Shown here: positions 45,929 to 55,017 of the stretch, piece after piece
How positions within the stretch are numbered: the first letter of the stretch is position 1
Layout of the letters: every line of letters begins with the position of its first letter
From: a virus
Lineage: Duplodnaviria > Caudoviricetes
Virus record (IMG/VR): IMGVR_UViG_2595698868_000001
Coordinates: 160,001-224,000 of that record
Length of the DNA: 64,000 nt
Strand: one strand, 5' to 3'
Made by a program: the position numbers and the translations under genes
The notes under the pieces: model-generated
What the model saw: only the letters and a program-made list of their open reading frames with translations
What the model was told of the DNA's origin: nothing
The model's database searches: none

Positions 45929-46830
45929 TCCTCGATTTCACCGCACACGCCTCGGTCCTGGATCAAAGCGTCAACTTCGTGGCGCCGGCGGCTGACGGTA
46001 TGTTCGAGGCTCGCTATGTCCGGCGCGTCCGCGATTACTTCATTGCCTACCTGTCCAGCCACACGGGCTGTGACCAGTCCTGCCGCATGTGTCATCTGAC
46101 GCAGACCCGGCAGAGGTCTATGGTCCATGCCTCGCGCCAGGACTATCTCGCGCAGGCCGATCGCGTCCTCGCCCACTACGACGGGCTGGATGAACCCGCG
46201 AACTTAGTCCACTTCAACTTCATGGCGCGCGGCGAACCTCTGTTGAACACGGGTGTCCGGCGTGATTGGCCCCGCCTCCATCGGGACCTCACCGCCAAGG
46301 CCCAGGAACGGGGTCTGGAGGCCCTGTTCAATATCTCGACGATCATGCCTTCCCAGGCGATCCTGAACCGCCTCACGGACGTTTTTCGAGACACCCAGGG
46401 CGTGCGGCTCTACTACTCGCTCTACTCGATGCGGCCTGAATTCCGCCGACGCTGGTTGCCGTACGCGATGAACCCTGAACGCGCACTCGACAAGCTGGCG
46501 GACTGGCAGGTCGCAACCGGCGGCGCCGTGGTCCTTCATTGGTCCTTCATCGAAGGCGAGAACGACGACTTCGGCACGGTCGACGAGATCATCGAAGCCG
46601 TTCGGCGTCGCGGACTGAAGACGCGCTTCAATCTGGTCCGGTACAATCCGTACTCGCCGGCCCAGGGCAAGGAGCCCAACGTGACCCTGTTGGCCGAACT
46701 CTTCAATCACCTCGCCTTCCACCTCGACAACGATCGCAGCGAGTTGCTGCAACGCATCGACCTATCCCGCATCGTTCCCCGCGTCGGGTTCGACGTGAAG
46801 GCGTCGTGCGGCATGTTCATGGAGGCGTGA
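45925..46830 (+). CDS. RlmN/Cfr-like radical SAM enzyme
   Basis: LSSHTGCDQSCRMC (CxxxCxxC), FMARGEPLLN, NLVRYNP, C-terminal DVKASCGMF. Confidence 0.82.
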   Translation: MILDFTAHASVLDQSVNFVAPAADGMFEARYVRRVRDYFIAYLSSHTGCDQSCRMCHLTQTRQRSMVHASRQDYLAQADRVLAHYDGLDEPANLVHFNFMARGEPLLNTGVRRDWPRLHRDLTAKAQERGLEALFNISTIMPSQAILNRLTDVFRDTQGVRLYYSLYSMRPEFRRRWLPYAMNPERALDKLADWQVATGGAVVLHWSFIEGENDDFGTVDEIIEAVRRRGLKTRFNLVRYNPYSPAQGKEPNVTLLAELFNHLAFHLDNDRSELLQRIDLSRIVPRVGFDVKASCGMFMEA

Positions 46831-47051
46831 TGATCAACATCGCTCATCACTTCGACGACATCGAGCGCCATTCAACGGCGATTGAATGCGAGTGTCACGG
46901 CTATGCTGCGCGGGAGGAGGCTTCACCTTCGCGCGAAGAAGATCTCGCAGCCGGTGGCTGTGGGCGCCCAGGCTGCTGCACCGCAGCTTTCACCTGCCGC
47001 CTCTGCGGTAAACGCTGGATCGCGGCGCTGCCGGCGCCTGAGATGGAATAG
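46830..47051 (+). CDS. small Cys-rich protein
   Basis: CEC, CGRPGCC, CRLC. Confidence 0.65.
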   Translation: MINIAHHFDDIERHSTAIECECHGYAAREEASPSREEDLAAGGCGRPGCCTAAFTCRLCGKRWIAALPAPEME

Positions 47052-47055
47052 AACC

Positions 47056-47463
47056 ATGGGCATGTACACCGAACTCGTGTTGTCGACGCAGATCGTCGAC
47101 AACCCAGACGTGATCGCCATTCTGAACTACATGCGTGAGGGCGCCGAGGGTGAGCCTCCGGTTCCATTGCCGGACCACCCCCTGTTCCAGACGCCGCGAT
47201 GGTCGTCGCTGTTCTGCTGTTGCAGCTACTATTTTACGCCCACGACCGTCTTCAAGCTGGAGTACGACAAGATCGCCAAGGCGTGGTCTCTGGTCTCGCG
47301 CTCTGATCTGAAGAACTACCACGATGAGATCGAGAAGTTCGTCGACTGGATCAGTCCATACCTCGACGATCACTTCGGTCAGATGATCGGGTACAAGCGC
47401 TACGAGGAATCGCGAGAACCTACGATCCTGTACGCGCCTGGAGGTGAAGATGATCCAAGCTGA
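47056..47463 (+). CDS. hypothetical phage protein
   Basis: MGMYTEL, HPLF..RW, LKNY..EIEKF.DWI.PY. Confidence 0.8.
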   Translation: MGMYTELVLSTQIVDNPDVIAILNYMREGAEGEPPVPLPDHPLFQTPRWSSLFCCCSYYFTPTTVFKLEYDKIAKAWSLVSRSDLKNYHDEIEKFVDWISPYLDDHFGQMIGYKRYEESREPTILYAPGGEDDPS

Positions 47464-47833
47464 CCTCCCCTTCACCGATCACGACCCGGCCGACATCATC
47501 GAAGGCCCGCGTATCAGCCTGCGTTACGGATCAGCGCCTACCGAAATCTGCGTCGGCGCGCGTGAGTGGCGACGCACTGATCGGGGTGATCGGTTCACCT
47601 ATCAGGGGCGGTGGCGCTCGATCGATGACTACACGGACGAGGACTGCGTCGCGGGAAAGCGGGTGCGGGTGAAGTGGCGCGACGGGTTCCGTGAGGGGAT
47701 CGCTGAGATGGATGAGGAGGGCTTCATCCTAGTCGGAGGCATCCCCTATCACGCAAAGTCGGTCGAGGTGGTGCCCGACCCGACTTGCCTCAACATGTTC
47801 GAACGCGCGATCGCCGCGCACCGGGGAGAATAG
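47450..47833 (+). CDS. hypothetical protein
   Basis: GGAGG RBS. Confidence 0.68.
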   Translation: MIQADLPFTDHDPADIIEGPRISLRYGSAPTEICVGAREWRRTDRGDRFTYQGRWRSIDDYTDEDCVAGKRVRVKWRDGFREGIAEMDEEGFILVGGIPYHAKSVEVVPDPTCLNMFERAIAAHRGE

Positions 47834-47835
47834 AA

Positions 47836-48174
47836 ATGGGCATGGATGTTAGCGCCCTCGCGGGCTGGGGTATCATCACGACCTTCGGACCCGATGAGGT
47901 CGAAGGCTGGTGGGATATCGACAAGCCGGACTGGCTGAAGTGGCAGCACGTAGGGGCGTACGAAGGTGGTAGCTATTTCCTGGGCGCTGTCTACGAGCAC
48001 GACTGGCGTCGCAACGTGTCGGGGGTCCCGATCAAGGATGTGCCCGACCTGTCGCTGATCCAGGTCGAGATCGCCTCCAGCTTGGAACGCGTGAAGCGTG
48101 ACGACGGCGAACCGATCGGCGATGTTCTCACGGCTGAGACCTTCGGCTTCCACGTCTACACCCACGTCAGCTAG
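47836..48174 (+). CDS. hypothetical protein
   Basis: tiled ORF. Confidence 0.68.
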   Translation: MGMDVSALAGWGIITTFGPDEVEGWWDIDKPDWLKWQHVGAYEGGSYFLGAVYEHDWRRNVSGVPIKDVPDLSLIQVEIASSLERVKRDDGEPIGDVLTAETFGFHVYTHVS

Positions 48175-48183
48175 GAGGGCGCC

Positions 48184-48519
48184 ATGCTCTACGAGAACAT
48201 CTCTATCCGAGGTCCGGTCGGTGACGCTCGCGATGAGCGCGTCGGCAAGTCGGCCGATGCTGAGCGTTACGTCTATGAGCCCAGCCCAAATCTGAAGGCC
48301 TTCATCACTGAGATGTACCACACGCGTGGAAGCACTCTGGACAAGATCGGCGATCTGGCGGCCAAGATCGAGCGCGGCGACGCCTCAGGAAGCGAAGAAG
48401 AATCGCTTCAGGTCTACGACGCCCTGCCCGTCCTCTACGCCTGCATCGAAGACCTCGTCGACATGTGCCGCCGGCGCGAACAAGCGCTCTGGGACAATCA
48501 CATCGCCTTTGGTCGCTAG
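48184..48519 (+). CDS. hypothetical protein
   Basis: GGAGG RBS. Confidence 0.72.
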   Translation: MLYENISIRGPVGDARDERVGKSADAERYVYEPSPNLKAFITEMYHTRGSTLDKIGDLAAKIERGDASGSEEESLQVYDALPVLYACIEDLVDMCRRREQALWDNHIAFGR

Positions 48520-48545
48520 ACAACGGCCAGCCAAACTGGCAGGTT
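48517..48545 (+). promoter_or_regulatory. weak promoter with 17-bp operator (48525-48541) upstream of CCA-adding enzyme
   Basis: TAGACA overlapping upstream TAG; GGCCAGCCAAACTGGCA. Confidence 0.5.
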
Positions 48546-48551
48546 GGCGGG

Positions 48552-49706
48552 ATGAGAGAGTTGACGATCAACATCCCGGCGCCGGTCCTGCGCCTTCGCG
48601 AAAGCTTCCGCGCTGCTGGATTCGATATCCGCAGCGTGGGCGGCATCATCCGCAACAAGCTGGCCGGCGTCGATGATCTGTCGGACCATGACTTCGCGAC
48701 CGACGCCACACCAGATGAACAGATCGCCATCTACGAGGCCCTGGGCATCCGCTACATCCTCACGGGCTACGACTACGGCACGATCACAATCGTTCTCGAA
48801 GGCATCAACTACGAGATCACCACGTTGCGCCTGGACGTAGCGACCGACGGACGCCGCGCCGCCGTCGCCTATACACGTGACTGGATCGCCGACCTCCTGC
48901 GTCGCGATCTGACCTACAACGCCATCGAGTTGACCTTCGACGGCGATCTGGTCGACCCCTACGGCGGTCGAGAAGACCTCGCGGCGGGACGCACGCGATT
49001 TGTGGGCTCGGCCCTAGCGCGTATCCAAGAGGACTACCTGCGCCTGCTGCGGTTTGTCCGCTTCCACGCAAGGTTCTCAGGCCTTGCGCCGTTCGATGAT
49101 GAGGTGATGGCTGCACTGCCGCATGTCGTCGGCGGACTGCGAATGCTCTCGAAAGAGCGTATCTGGTCCGAACTGAAGAAGATTGCAGTAGGGCCGCACG
49201 CGCCGGCGATGTTCGCCCGCATGTCGGCGACCGGCATCTTGCAAAACGCCGGCCTGCCTCCCCTGGTCCATCTCTGGGCTTTCGAGGACGCCTACCGCTA
49301 CACCCAGAATCCCATCACCCTGATGACGGTTCTCCTGGGCGACCGTGCGCTCGAAGTCGGCGCTTCGTTGCGCTGGACGAAGGAAGACCTCGCCCTGGCG
49401 GCGTTCCTTCTGAAGCATCGCAACGAACCTGTGCGCGAGAAGGCCTTGAAGCGCCTGCTCGCGGTCAAGAAGGCTCCCCTGGATCATGTCCTCGAACTGG
49501 CGCTCTCGCAAGGGCAGGTCAAGTCGGCCAATGCGGTAGAGTATTGGGACATGCCGATGTTTCCGGTGACGGGCGATGATCTGGTCGAGTTCATCGCACC
49601 CGGTCCAGGCATGGGCGCCGCGTTGAAGCGTATGAAGGAGAATTGGGCCGAGACCAACTTCACCGCGACGAAACAGCAGTTGATCGTGATGGAGGAATGG
49701 ACTTGA
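48552..49706 (+). CDS. cca: class II CCA tRNA nucleotidyltransferase
   Basis: VGG.IRN, DHDFATD, EITTLR.D, DLLRRDLTYNA, EDYLRLLRFVRF, SKERIWSE. Confidence 0.9.
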   Translation: MRELTINIPAPVLRLRESFRAAGFDIRSVGGIIRNKLAGVDDLSDHDFATDATPDEQIAIYEALGIRYILTGYDYGTITIVLEGINYEITTLRLDVATDGRRAAVAYTRDWIADLLRRDLTYNAIELTFDGDLVDPYGGREDLAAGRTRFVGSALARIQEDYLRLLRFVRFHARFSGLAPFDDEVMAALPHVVGGLRMLSKERIWSELKKIAVGPHAPAMFARMSATGILQNAGLPPLVHLWAFEDAYRYTQNPITLMTVLLGDRALEVGASLRWTKEDLALAAFLLKHRNEPVREKALKRLLAVKKAPLDHVLELALSQGQVKSANAVEYWDMPMFPVTGDDLVEFIAPGPGMGAALKRMKENWAETNFTATKQQLIVMEEWT

Positions 49707-50005
49707 TCCGTCCTGGCGATCTCGTCCTGATCGGCGACATTACCGATCTGACGATGAAGACAGGCCGTGTGGTGATCGCCACCGATCTGGGCATCAAGAT
49801 CGAGCCATACAAGCACACCAGCGGCCAAGTCCTCGGCGATCATGCGTTGCTTCTGTTCGAGGAGAGCAAGCCCGTGCGGGTCATCCCGACGCTCGACGCC
49901 GCGCGCTATCTCTATCACATGCGCCGCGAATGGCTCGCCGAAGTGGCGCGCTTGAATAAGTCCTTCGACGCTCGCGTCGACGCCTGGATTGGAGCCGCCA
50001 GATGA
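49697..50005 (+). CDS. hypothetical protein
   Basis: tiled ORF. Confidence 0.65.
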   Translation: MDLIRPGDLVLIGDITDLTMKTGRVVIATDLGIKIEPYKHTSGQVLGDHALLLFEESKPVRVIPTLDAARYLYHMRREWLAEVARLNKSFDARVDAWIGAAR

Positions 50006-50847
50006 GCGATGAAAAGACCGCAGCGTTCTGTGAGCAGTTTGGCGAAGACATGCTTCAGAATATCGTCGAGGCCGTCTGGGCGGGCAAGAAAGAGGGCGAT
50101 CGGTTCTCGATCTTCGAGATCGTCAAACACGACGCCATCAACTGCACCATCTATGGCTTCATCGACGATGAGATCGGCTTTCAGATCGATGATGGTGATT
50201 GGGCCGGAACTGACGTGCGGAAGTTTGGCCCCGAGGTCAGCGCAATCCCACCGGCCGGCTGGTACAGCCGCCATTTCGATGTCGGGATGGGCCTGCGCGG
50301 CAACCGCGATCCCCGCGCGCAGATGCGTCTTCTCGCCCTGTATGTGGGCTGGGTGCGGGGAACCGTAGGCGGCGTCGGAGATCACGTCCGCAAGGCCGAG
50401 CAAGGCTATGCCTACGATGCTCACTTCGCTCCCGGACACAAGACGACGGAGCACTATCGCAAGATCGCCGAGTCGCACGGTCTGATCCTCAGCAGTGGTT
50501 CGGTCGGCGCTGAAGGCGACCCGCCGCGACTGGAGTACGACAAAGAAGTCAAGCCGCTCGAAGGCGCGCTTCACTTCGCGGTCAAGACGGGCGCCGATGC
50601 CTTGAAATGCGCCGCCTATTCGACCAAGCTTTCGGCATGGCTCAACGGTGAGGCCCGCACTGGCGCCGCCGAGGTCGCCCGCATGAACGCTGAGACCTGG
50701 ACCTCTTACGCTCCGCTGCTCGACACGGGCGAGACGATCGATTCGCTCGTGGCGGCCGATGCCGCTCGGCTCCAGGCCATCATCTCCGCCATGGAGACCG
50801 GAGGTGCGCCGGCGGCAGCCGGTCACGAGGCGCGGAGCGGCGAGTGA
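50002..50847 (+). CDS. hypothetical protein
   Basis: ATGA overlap; 3' end formed by repeat copy 2. Confidence 0.72.
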   Translation: MSDEKTAAFCEQFGEDMLQNIVEAVWAGKKEGDRFSIFEIVKHDAINCTIYGFIDDEIGFQIDDGDWAGTDVRKFGPEVSAIPPAGWYSRHFDVGMGLRGNRDPRAQMRLLALYVGWVRGTVGGVGDHVRKAEQGYAYDAHFAPGHKTTEHYRKIAESHGLILSSGSVGAEGDPPRLEYDKEVKPLEGALHFAVKTGADALKCAAYSTKLSAWLNGEARTGAAEVARMNAETWTSYAPLLDTGETIDSLVAADAARLQAIISAMETGGAPAAAGHEARSGE

Positions 50848-50848
50848 T
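50796..50848 (+). repeat. structured dispersed repeat, copy 2 of 3
   Basis: same core as 3477 and 63280. Confidence 0.85.
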
Positions 50849-51104
50849 GGGAACGGATGAGGACTTCTTCCTCCACGGCTACGCCTACGGCAAGACGACG
50901 GAGATTCCGCGTAAGAAGTGCTGCGAGACCTGTGCCTTCAACCCGACAGGCCCCACGGTCCGGCCGGCGGACGTTACGATCGAACAACTGACGAGGTGGT
51001 CCGCCGATTACGATGGGTTCGTCTGCCATACGACGGATGAGAAGGGCGTCAATCCCCGCTGCGCCGCATGGCACGCGCTGCACGGTCGTGACATCAGGAG
51101 TTGA
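50844..51104 (+). CDS. small Cys/His-rich protein
   Basis: CCETCAF, FVCH, CAAW. Confidence 0.7.
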   Translation: MMGTDEDFFLHGYAYGKTTEIPRKKCCETCAFNPTGPTVRPADVTIEQLTRWSADYDGFVCHTTDEKGVNPRCAAWHALHGRDIRS

Positions 51105-51130
51105 CAGACGGCTTTGAGGTGTTTTAGGGA
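51101..51130 (+). promoter_or_regulatory. class A promoter
   Basis: GAG-TTGACAGACGG..TTAGGGAT, GACGATA, GGAGG; -35 contains upstream TGA. Confidence 0.78.
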
Positions 51131-51159
51131 TGAGGGTGACGATAAACCTGGAGGCCTTC

Positions 51160-51825
51160 ATGTCCCTGTTCAAGATCACCCAAACGACCAAGACCGTGAG
51201 CTATCCGTCGGGGATCGACGGCCAGTGCTTCAGCACGGAAGAGGGCGCGCAGGCGCATCGTGCCGAAGCCGGCGCCGTCAAAGCCCTCGGTCGGGCGATT
51301 TTCGATGATACGCGCACGATGTGGTGCTTCACCACGCTCCGCAATATGACGGAGATGCCTGTCGCCGATCTCGTTATCCTGCGCGACCTGATGGATCAGT
51401 ACCTGATCAACGTCCTCCCGGCGTTCATGGCGCTGGAAGGTCCCTTCGGCTACGGCCTGGGCAAGAAGCAGATCGAAACCTCGGACGGCCGCTCGTTCGA
51501 TAACCGTCACGAAGCGGCCCTCCACACCCTGGAGATGCGCTTTGCCGCGCTGTTCAAGTCTCCGCTCTTCTCGGACGTCGGGCGGCGGGCGATCTGCAAC
51601 ATCAGTAAGTACAGCGACATCACCGCGCCGCACATCGCCAAGGAACTGACGGTGTGGCACTTCACCCGGCGGCTGATGGACTTCTTCAAGCGTCGCACGG
51701 AAGCCGGTAACCCCATGAAGGGCTACGAGCAGCGCTTCCGCGATGCGCTCGACGCCATGGTCGTCGCCCGCACTACGCCGATCGAGCCCATCGTGCGCAC
51801 TGTCAAGCCGAAGAAGGCGGCCTGA
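51160..51825 (+). CDS. hypothetical protein
   Basis: GGAGG RBS; two DGxxF motifs. Confidence 0.8.
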   Translation: MSLFKITQTTKTVSYPSGIDGQCFSTEEGAQAHRAEAGAVKALGRAIFDDTRTMWCFTTLRNMTEMPVADLVILRDLMDQYLINVLPAFMALEGPFGYGLGKKQIETSDGRSFDNRHEAALHTLEMRFAALFKSPLFSDVGRRAICNISKYSDITAPHIAKELTVWHFTRRLMDFFKRRTEAGNPMKGYEQRFRDALDAMVVARTTPIEPIVRTVKPKKAA

Positions 51826-52451
51826 TGACCATACCGACGATCGGTGAATCCCACTTCTCCGATGAGAAGGCGATGGACTACCCGGACCTGATCTTCAAGG
51901 TGCAGAAGGGGGCCGTGCGGACGTACTGGCATGACCTGAGCGTCCTCAAGTTCGATCAGTTCACGTCGCGCGTCCAGCCGATCCTGGTCAAACGCCTGAT
52001 CGCGCAGTTCGACGAGGCGCTGACGGCTACTGAAAAGGCTTCGGGCCTGCGCCGCCCGAGCCGTGATGTCGGTCACTGCATCTTCGATGACGAAATCGTC
52101 CCGGTCGAGATCACGCTGTGCGAAGTGGAGCAGCAGGCGCTTCGGCGGCTGACCCACATCGTGCGCCGGCGCAACGAAGAAGACTGGCAGGCAGTCTACC
52201 ATGTCCTCTCCGACCATATCGTCCTCAACGGCGGTCACGACCACTCTCAGTCGCTGGAGAATTCGACTTGGCTTCATGCCGAATCGAAAAAGGTGCAGGA
52301 CTATCTCGCCAAGCACCGCCATCCGGTCCTCAAGGTGAAACCTTACGAGGATAAGGAGTTCGAGGTACTGCCCTTCGAGCCCTCGGGCTGGCAGAAGTTC
52401 GTCGCGGCTGTGAAGCGCTGGCTCGGTCCTGGGCCGGACTGCACCGCATGA
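51825..52451 (+). CDS. hypothetical protein
   Basis: TGATG coupling. Confidence 0.72.
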   Translation: MTIPTIGESHFSDEKAMDYPDLIFKVQKGAVRTYWHDLSVLKFDQFTSRVQPILVKRLIAQFDEALTATEKASGLRRPSRDVGHCIFDDEIVPVEITLCEVEQQALRRLTHIVRRRNEEDWQAVYHVLSDHIVLNGGHDHSQSLENSTWLHAESKKVQDYLAKHRHPVLKVKPYEDKEFEVLPFEPSGWQKFVAAVKRWLGPGPDCTA

Positions 52452-52930
52452 CCCGCGTCGTCTCGCCCCAAATCATCCATGTCCTCGAACTCGCCGAGAA
52501 GGGTCGAGATATCTGGTGGGTGCCTTTGGTCGACGGGAAGGGTTCGCAATCGCGCACCGTAGGTCGCCAGAACACCATCTACACGGCGCAGCGTCATGGC
52601 TGGCTCGACAAGGATGACAAGCTGACGCCGGCCGGCAAGACCGTGCTGGAGGAGCAGCAAGCCCGTTCCCTCCAGCAGGATCGGTTCTTTGAGCGCCAAG
52701 CCCGTCTCAAAGGGACCCATTGGGAGCGAGGATATCGTGTCCACGGGTTCTGGCGTGGTGCTGAACGCCTGGGCTATGTCAGTCTCGGGCCGCCTTCGTT
52801 GTGGGACGGCGTATATTCCTGGGCCGTCGACAATCACGGTCCCTCGGGGACGGCAACGAAGTTGGCTGATGCGAAGCGCTTGGTGGAGGACGCGATCGCC
52901 TTCCCTGATGAGCGTGCTGCAAAGAGTTGA
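52448..52930 (+). CDS. hypothetical protein (possible N-terminal winged helix)
   Basis: GWL..KLTPAG. Confidence 0.7.
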   Translation: MTRVVSPQIIHVLELAEKGRDIWWVPLVDGKGSQSRTVGRQNTIYTAQRHGWLDKDDKLTPAGKTVLEEQQARSLQQDRFFERQARLKGTHWERGYRVHGFWRGAERLGYVSLGPPSLWDGVYSWAVDNHGPSGTATKLADAKRLVEDAIAFPDERAAKS

Positions 52931-52956
52931 CAGACGGCTTTCTCCCCTCGTACATC
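52927..52956 (+). promoter_or_regulatory. class A/B hybrid promoter
   Basis: AAGAG-TTGACAGACGG..TACATC, GACGATC. Confidence 0.78.
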
Positions 52957-52982
52957 TAATGACGATCTCAAAGGAAGGCCCT

Positions 52983-53594
52983 GTGCTCCAGACCCTCATC
53001 GACCATCACAAGAAACAGCTTGCCGCCGCGCAATCCGTGCTGGACACCGATGGCAACCTGTTTTCGCACGAGATGCGTGAGCGCGCGCGAGTTGACGCGG
53101 CTCGTGAGCGCGACTTCATCCGTACCCTGGAGACGGCCAGCGCTCAACTCGACCGGGGCGACAAATATCGCCATCTGAAACGAGGCTCAACCTACAATGT
53201 GTTGGGTCAGGGTATCGCGCAATGCGAAACGCCTATCCAGGACAACGACGCGCTCGTCTTCTACCGCGACGGTCAAGGCCGCTTCTTCGCCCGTCACGTG
53301 GACGAGTTTCACGATGGGCGATTTGAGAAGGTGTCCGCCGAGCCGCCACGCGAATACGTGTTCGTGGTCGGCGGCCAGGAGGCTCCGTGCGAGCAGCTTT
53401 CGTTCGATGCGTTTCACGCGCTCTGCATGCTTGGTGAAATCATCTTCACCGATGAGCAGGACTATGGCTCTGGACTGCGCGGCCGGTACCTGATGCTGGG
53501 CGCCGAGTGGAGCGACCAACAGCGCACGCGTTTGATCCTGCGCCGACTGAATGACACCGCGTCGGCCTGGAGCAGCGGAGCGGAGGAAGCATGA
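52983..53594 (+). CDS. hypothetical protein with DUF1653-like domain
   Basis: KYRHLKRGSTYNVL..LVFYRD..FFARHVDEF.DGRF. Confidence 0.72.
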   Translation: MLQTLIDHHKKQLAAAQSVLDTDGNLFSHEMRERARVDAARERDFIRTLETASAQLDRGDKYRHLKRGSTYNVLGQGIAQCETPIQDNDALVFYRDGQGRFFARHVDEFHDGRFEKVSAEPPREYVFVVGGQEAPCEQLSFDAFHALCMLGEIIFTDEQDYGSGLRGRYLMLGAEWSDQQRTRLILRRLNDTASAWSSGAEEA

Positions 53595-54955
53595 CGCAAG
53601 CTTTCGAGATCGAGAGCCGGCAATACGGCGATACGGGCGCAAAGCGGCCCTTCATCATCGCGCACTGCTCTGGCTGTGACGCTGAGGAAGCGATCGCCGA
53701 TCCAAAAGGTTCCGGCGCCGTTCCTCTGCAATACGCGCAGAAGCTCTTCACCCGCAAAGGGTGGGAACTAGGCAGCGTGCGGGCGAAAGACCTATGTCCC
53801 TCGTGTGTGCGCAGTAAGCGCGGACGCAAGGCCGAGGCGCCGAAGCAAGTCCTAAAGGGCGTGGATGGTCCGATCCCTGCCGATCCTTCGAAGGCCGACA
53901 CCATGCTCGGCGCAAAGCTGATCGAGGCGGCGCGTCTACTGACCGAGGCCCCTAAAGTTTCCCCAGCACCTGTCGCTCAAATTCGTGAGCCTCATATGCC
54001 TGCTCCTATAGCCCAAATTCGAGAACCTCATGCGCCTCCGGCCGTCAACCCTACGGTCGAAGCACCTAAGGGAATAGACCTTCGATCCGAAGAGCGCCTT
54101 GCGGCTTCGCGTAAGGGCGGACACAACCGCATCGCACAACTCACTCCGGAAGAGCGCAGCGCGCTCGCCCGCAAAGGCGCTGCGGCCTTGAATAGCAGAT
54201 CGCCCGAGGAACGCGCCGCCTCTGCCCAGAAGGCTGCCCAGACCCGTCGTGAACGGGCTGCCGAACGTGCGGAAATCAAGCGTCTGGCTGATGAGCAGGC
54301 AGCCGAAGCCCGCCGCGAGAAGATGGGACGCGGCATCAAGGGGTTCTGGGCAGGGCTCACCAAGGAGCAGCGCAGCGAACGCGGACGGGTCGCGGCAGCC
54401 ACTCGCGCCGCAAAACTCGCCGCCGAGAAGGCCGGAGTGCCTTTCATTCACCCCAAGCGGGTTACCCCGCAAGAACTCGCCCAAGCCAAGGTCAAGATCG
54501 CCCGCGCCACGAGCGCCGCCAAAAAGCCCCAGGAGTCCGCCATGCCCGCCGCCGCCACCATCAATCCCGCTCCGACCTCGATGGCTGATCAACCGCGTCA
54601 GGCCACGCGCGAGCAGAACCAGAAGATTCTGGAAAAGCTGCACGAGGTCTACGACACCTCCGATCCCACGAATCCTCACTACGTCAAGACCTACACCGAC
54701 AAACAGGTCGCCGAGGAGCTTCACTATCCGGCCGCATGGATCGCCGCCGTGCGCGATCAGTTCTTCGGCCCGGAGAAGAACGAGGCCGCCGAGGTCTTCA
54801 TCAAGGACGTCAAGGAACTCAAGACCAAGCAAGCCGACCTCAAGGCCCGCTTCACGAAGCACTTTGATGACCTGACGAAAATGGAAGACGAGATGCGTCG
54901 CCTGGAAGACGCCATCGCCCAGGCCTGTCGCCGAGCCGGCGTACCCGTCAACTAG
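53591..54955 (+). CDS. multi-domain basic protein: Zn-ribbon, low-complexity and KGG-like repeats, C-terminal HTH/coiled coil
   Basis: CSGC..CPSC; LTPEERSALARKG repeats; TDKQVAEEL.YP..WI..VR..FFG. Confidence 0.8.
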   Translation: MTQAFEIESRQYGDTGAKRPFIIAHCSGCDAEEAIADPKGSGAVPLQYAQKLFTRKGWELGSVRAKDLCPSCVRSKRGRKAEAPKQVLKGVDGPIPADPSKADTMLGAKLIEAARLLTEAPKVSPAPVAQIREPHMPAPIAQIREPHAPPAVNPTVEAPKGIDLRSEERLAASRKGGHNRIAQLTPEERSALARKGAAALNSRSPEERAASAQKAAQTRRERAAERAEIKRLADEQAAEARREKMGRGIKGFWAGLTKEQRSERGRVAAATRAAKLAAEKAGVPFIHPKRVTPQELAQAKVKIARATSAAKKPQESAMPAAATINPAPTSMADQPRQATREQNQKILEKLHEVYDTSDPTNPHYVKTYTDKQVAEELHYPAAWIAAVRDQFFGPEKNEAAEVFIKDVKELKTKQADLKARFTKHFDDLTKMEDEMRRLEDAIAQACRRAGVPVN

Positions 54956-54959
54956 GCTG

Positions 54960-54987
54960 TTGACATCGTCGTTGGTTTCTTTACAAG
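54960..54987 (+). promoter_or_regulatory. class B promoter
   Basis: TTGACA..GTTTCTTTACA, GACGATC, AAGGAGG. Confidence 0.82.
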
Positions 54988-55017
54988 GCCCTTGACGATC
55001 AATCAGAAGGAGGTCCC

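Noticed and set aside
48556-48570. GAGAGTTGACGATC resembling a class A promoter
   Set aside because: Lies within the first codons of the CCA-enzyme gene (MRELTI) and has no plausible -10 downstream.
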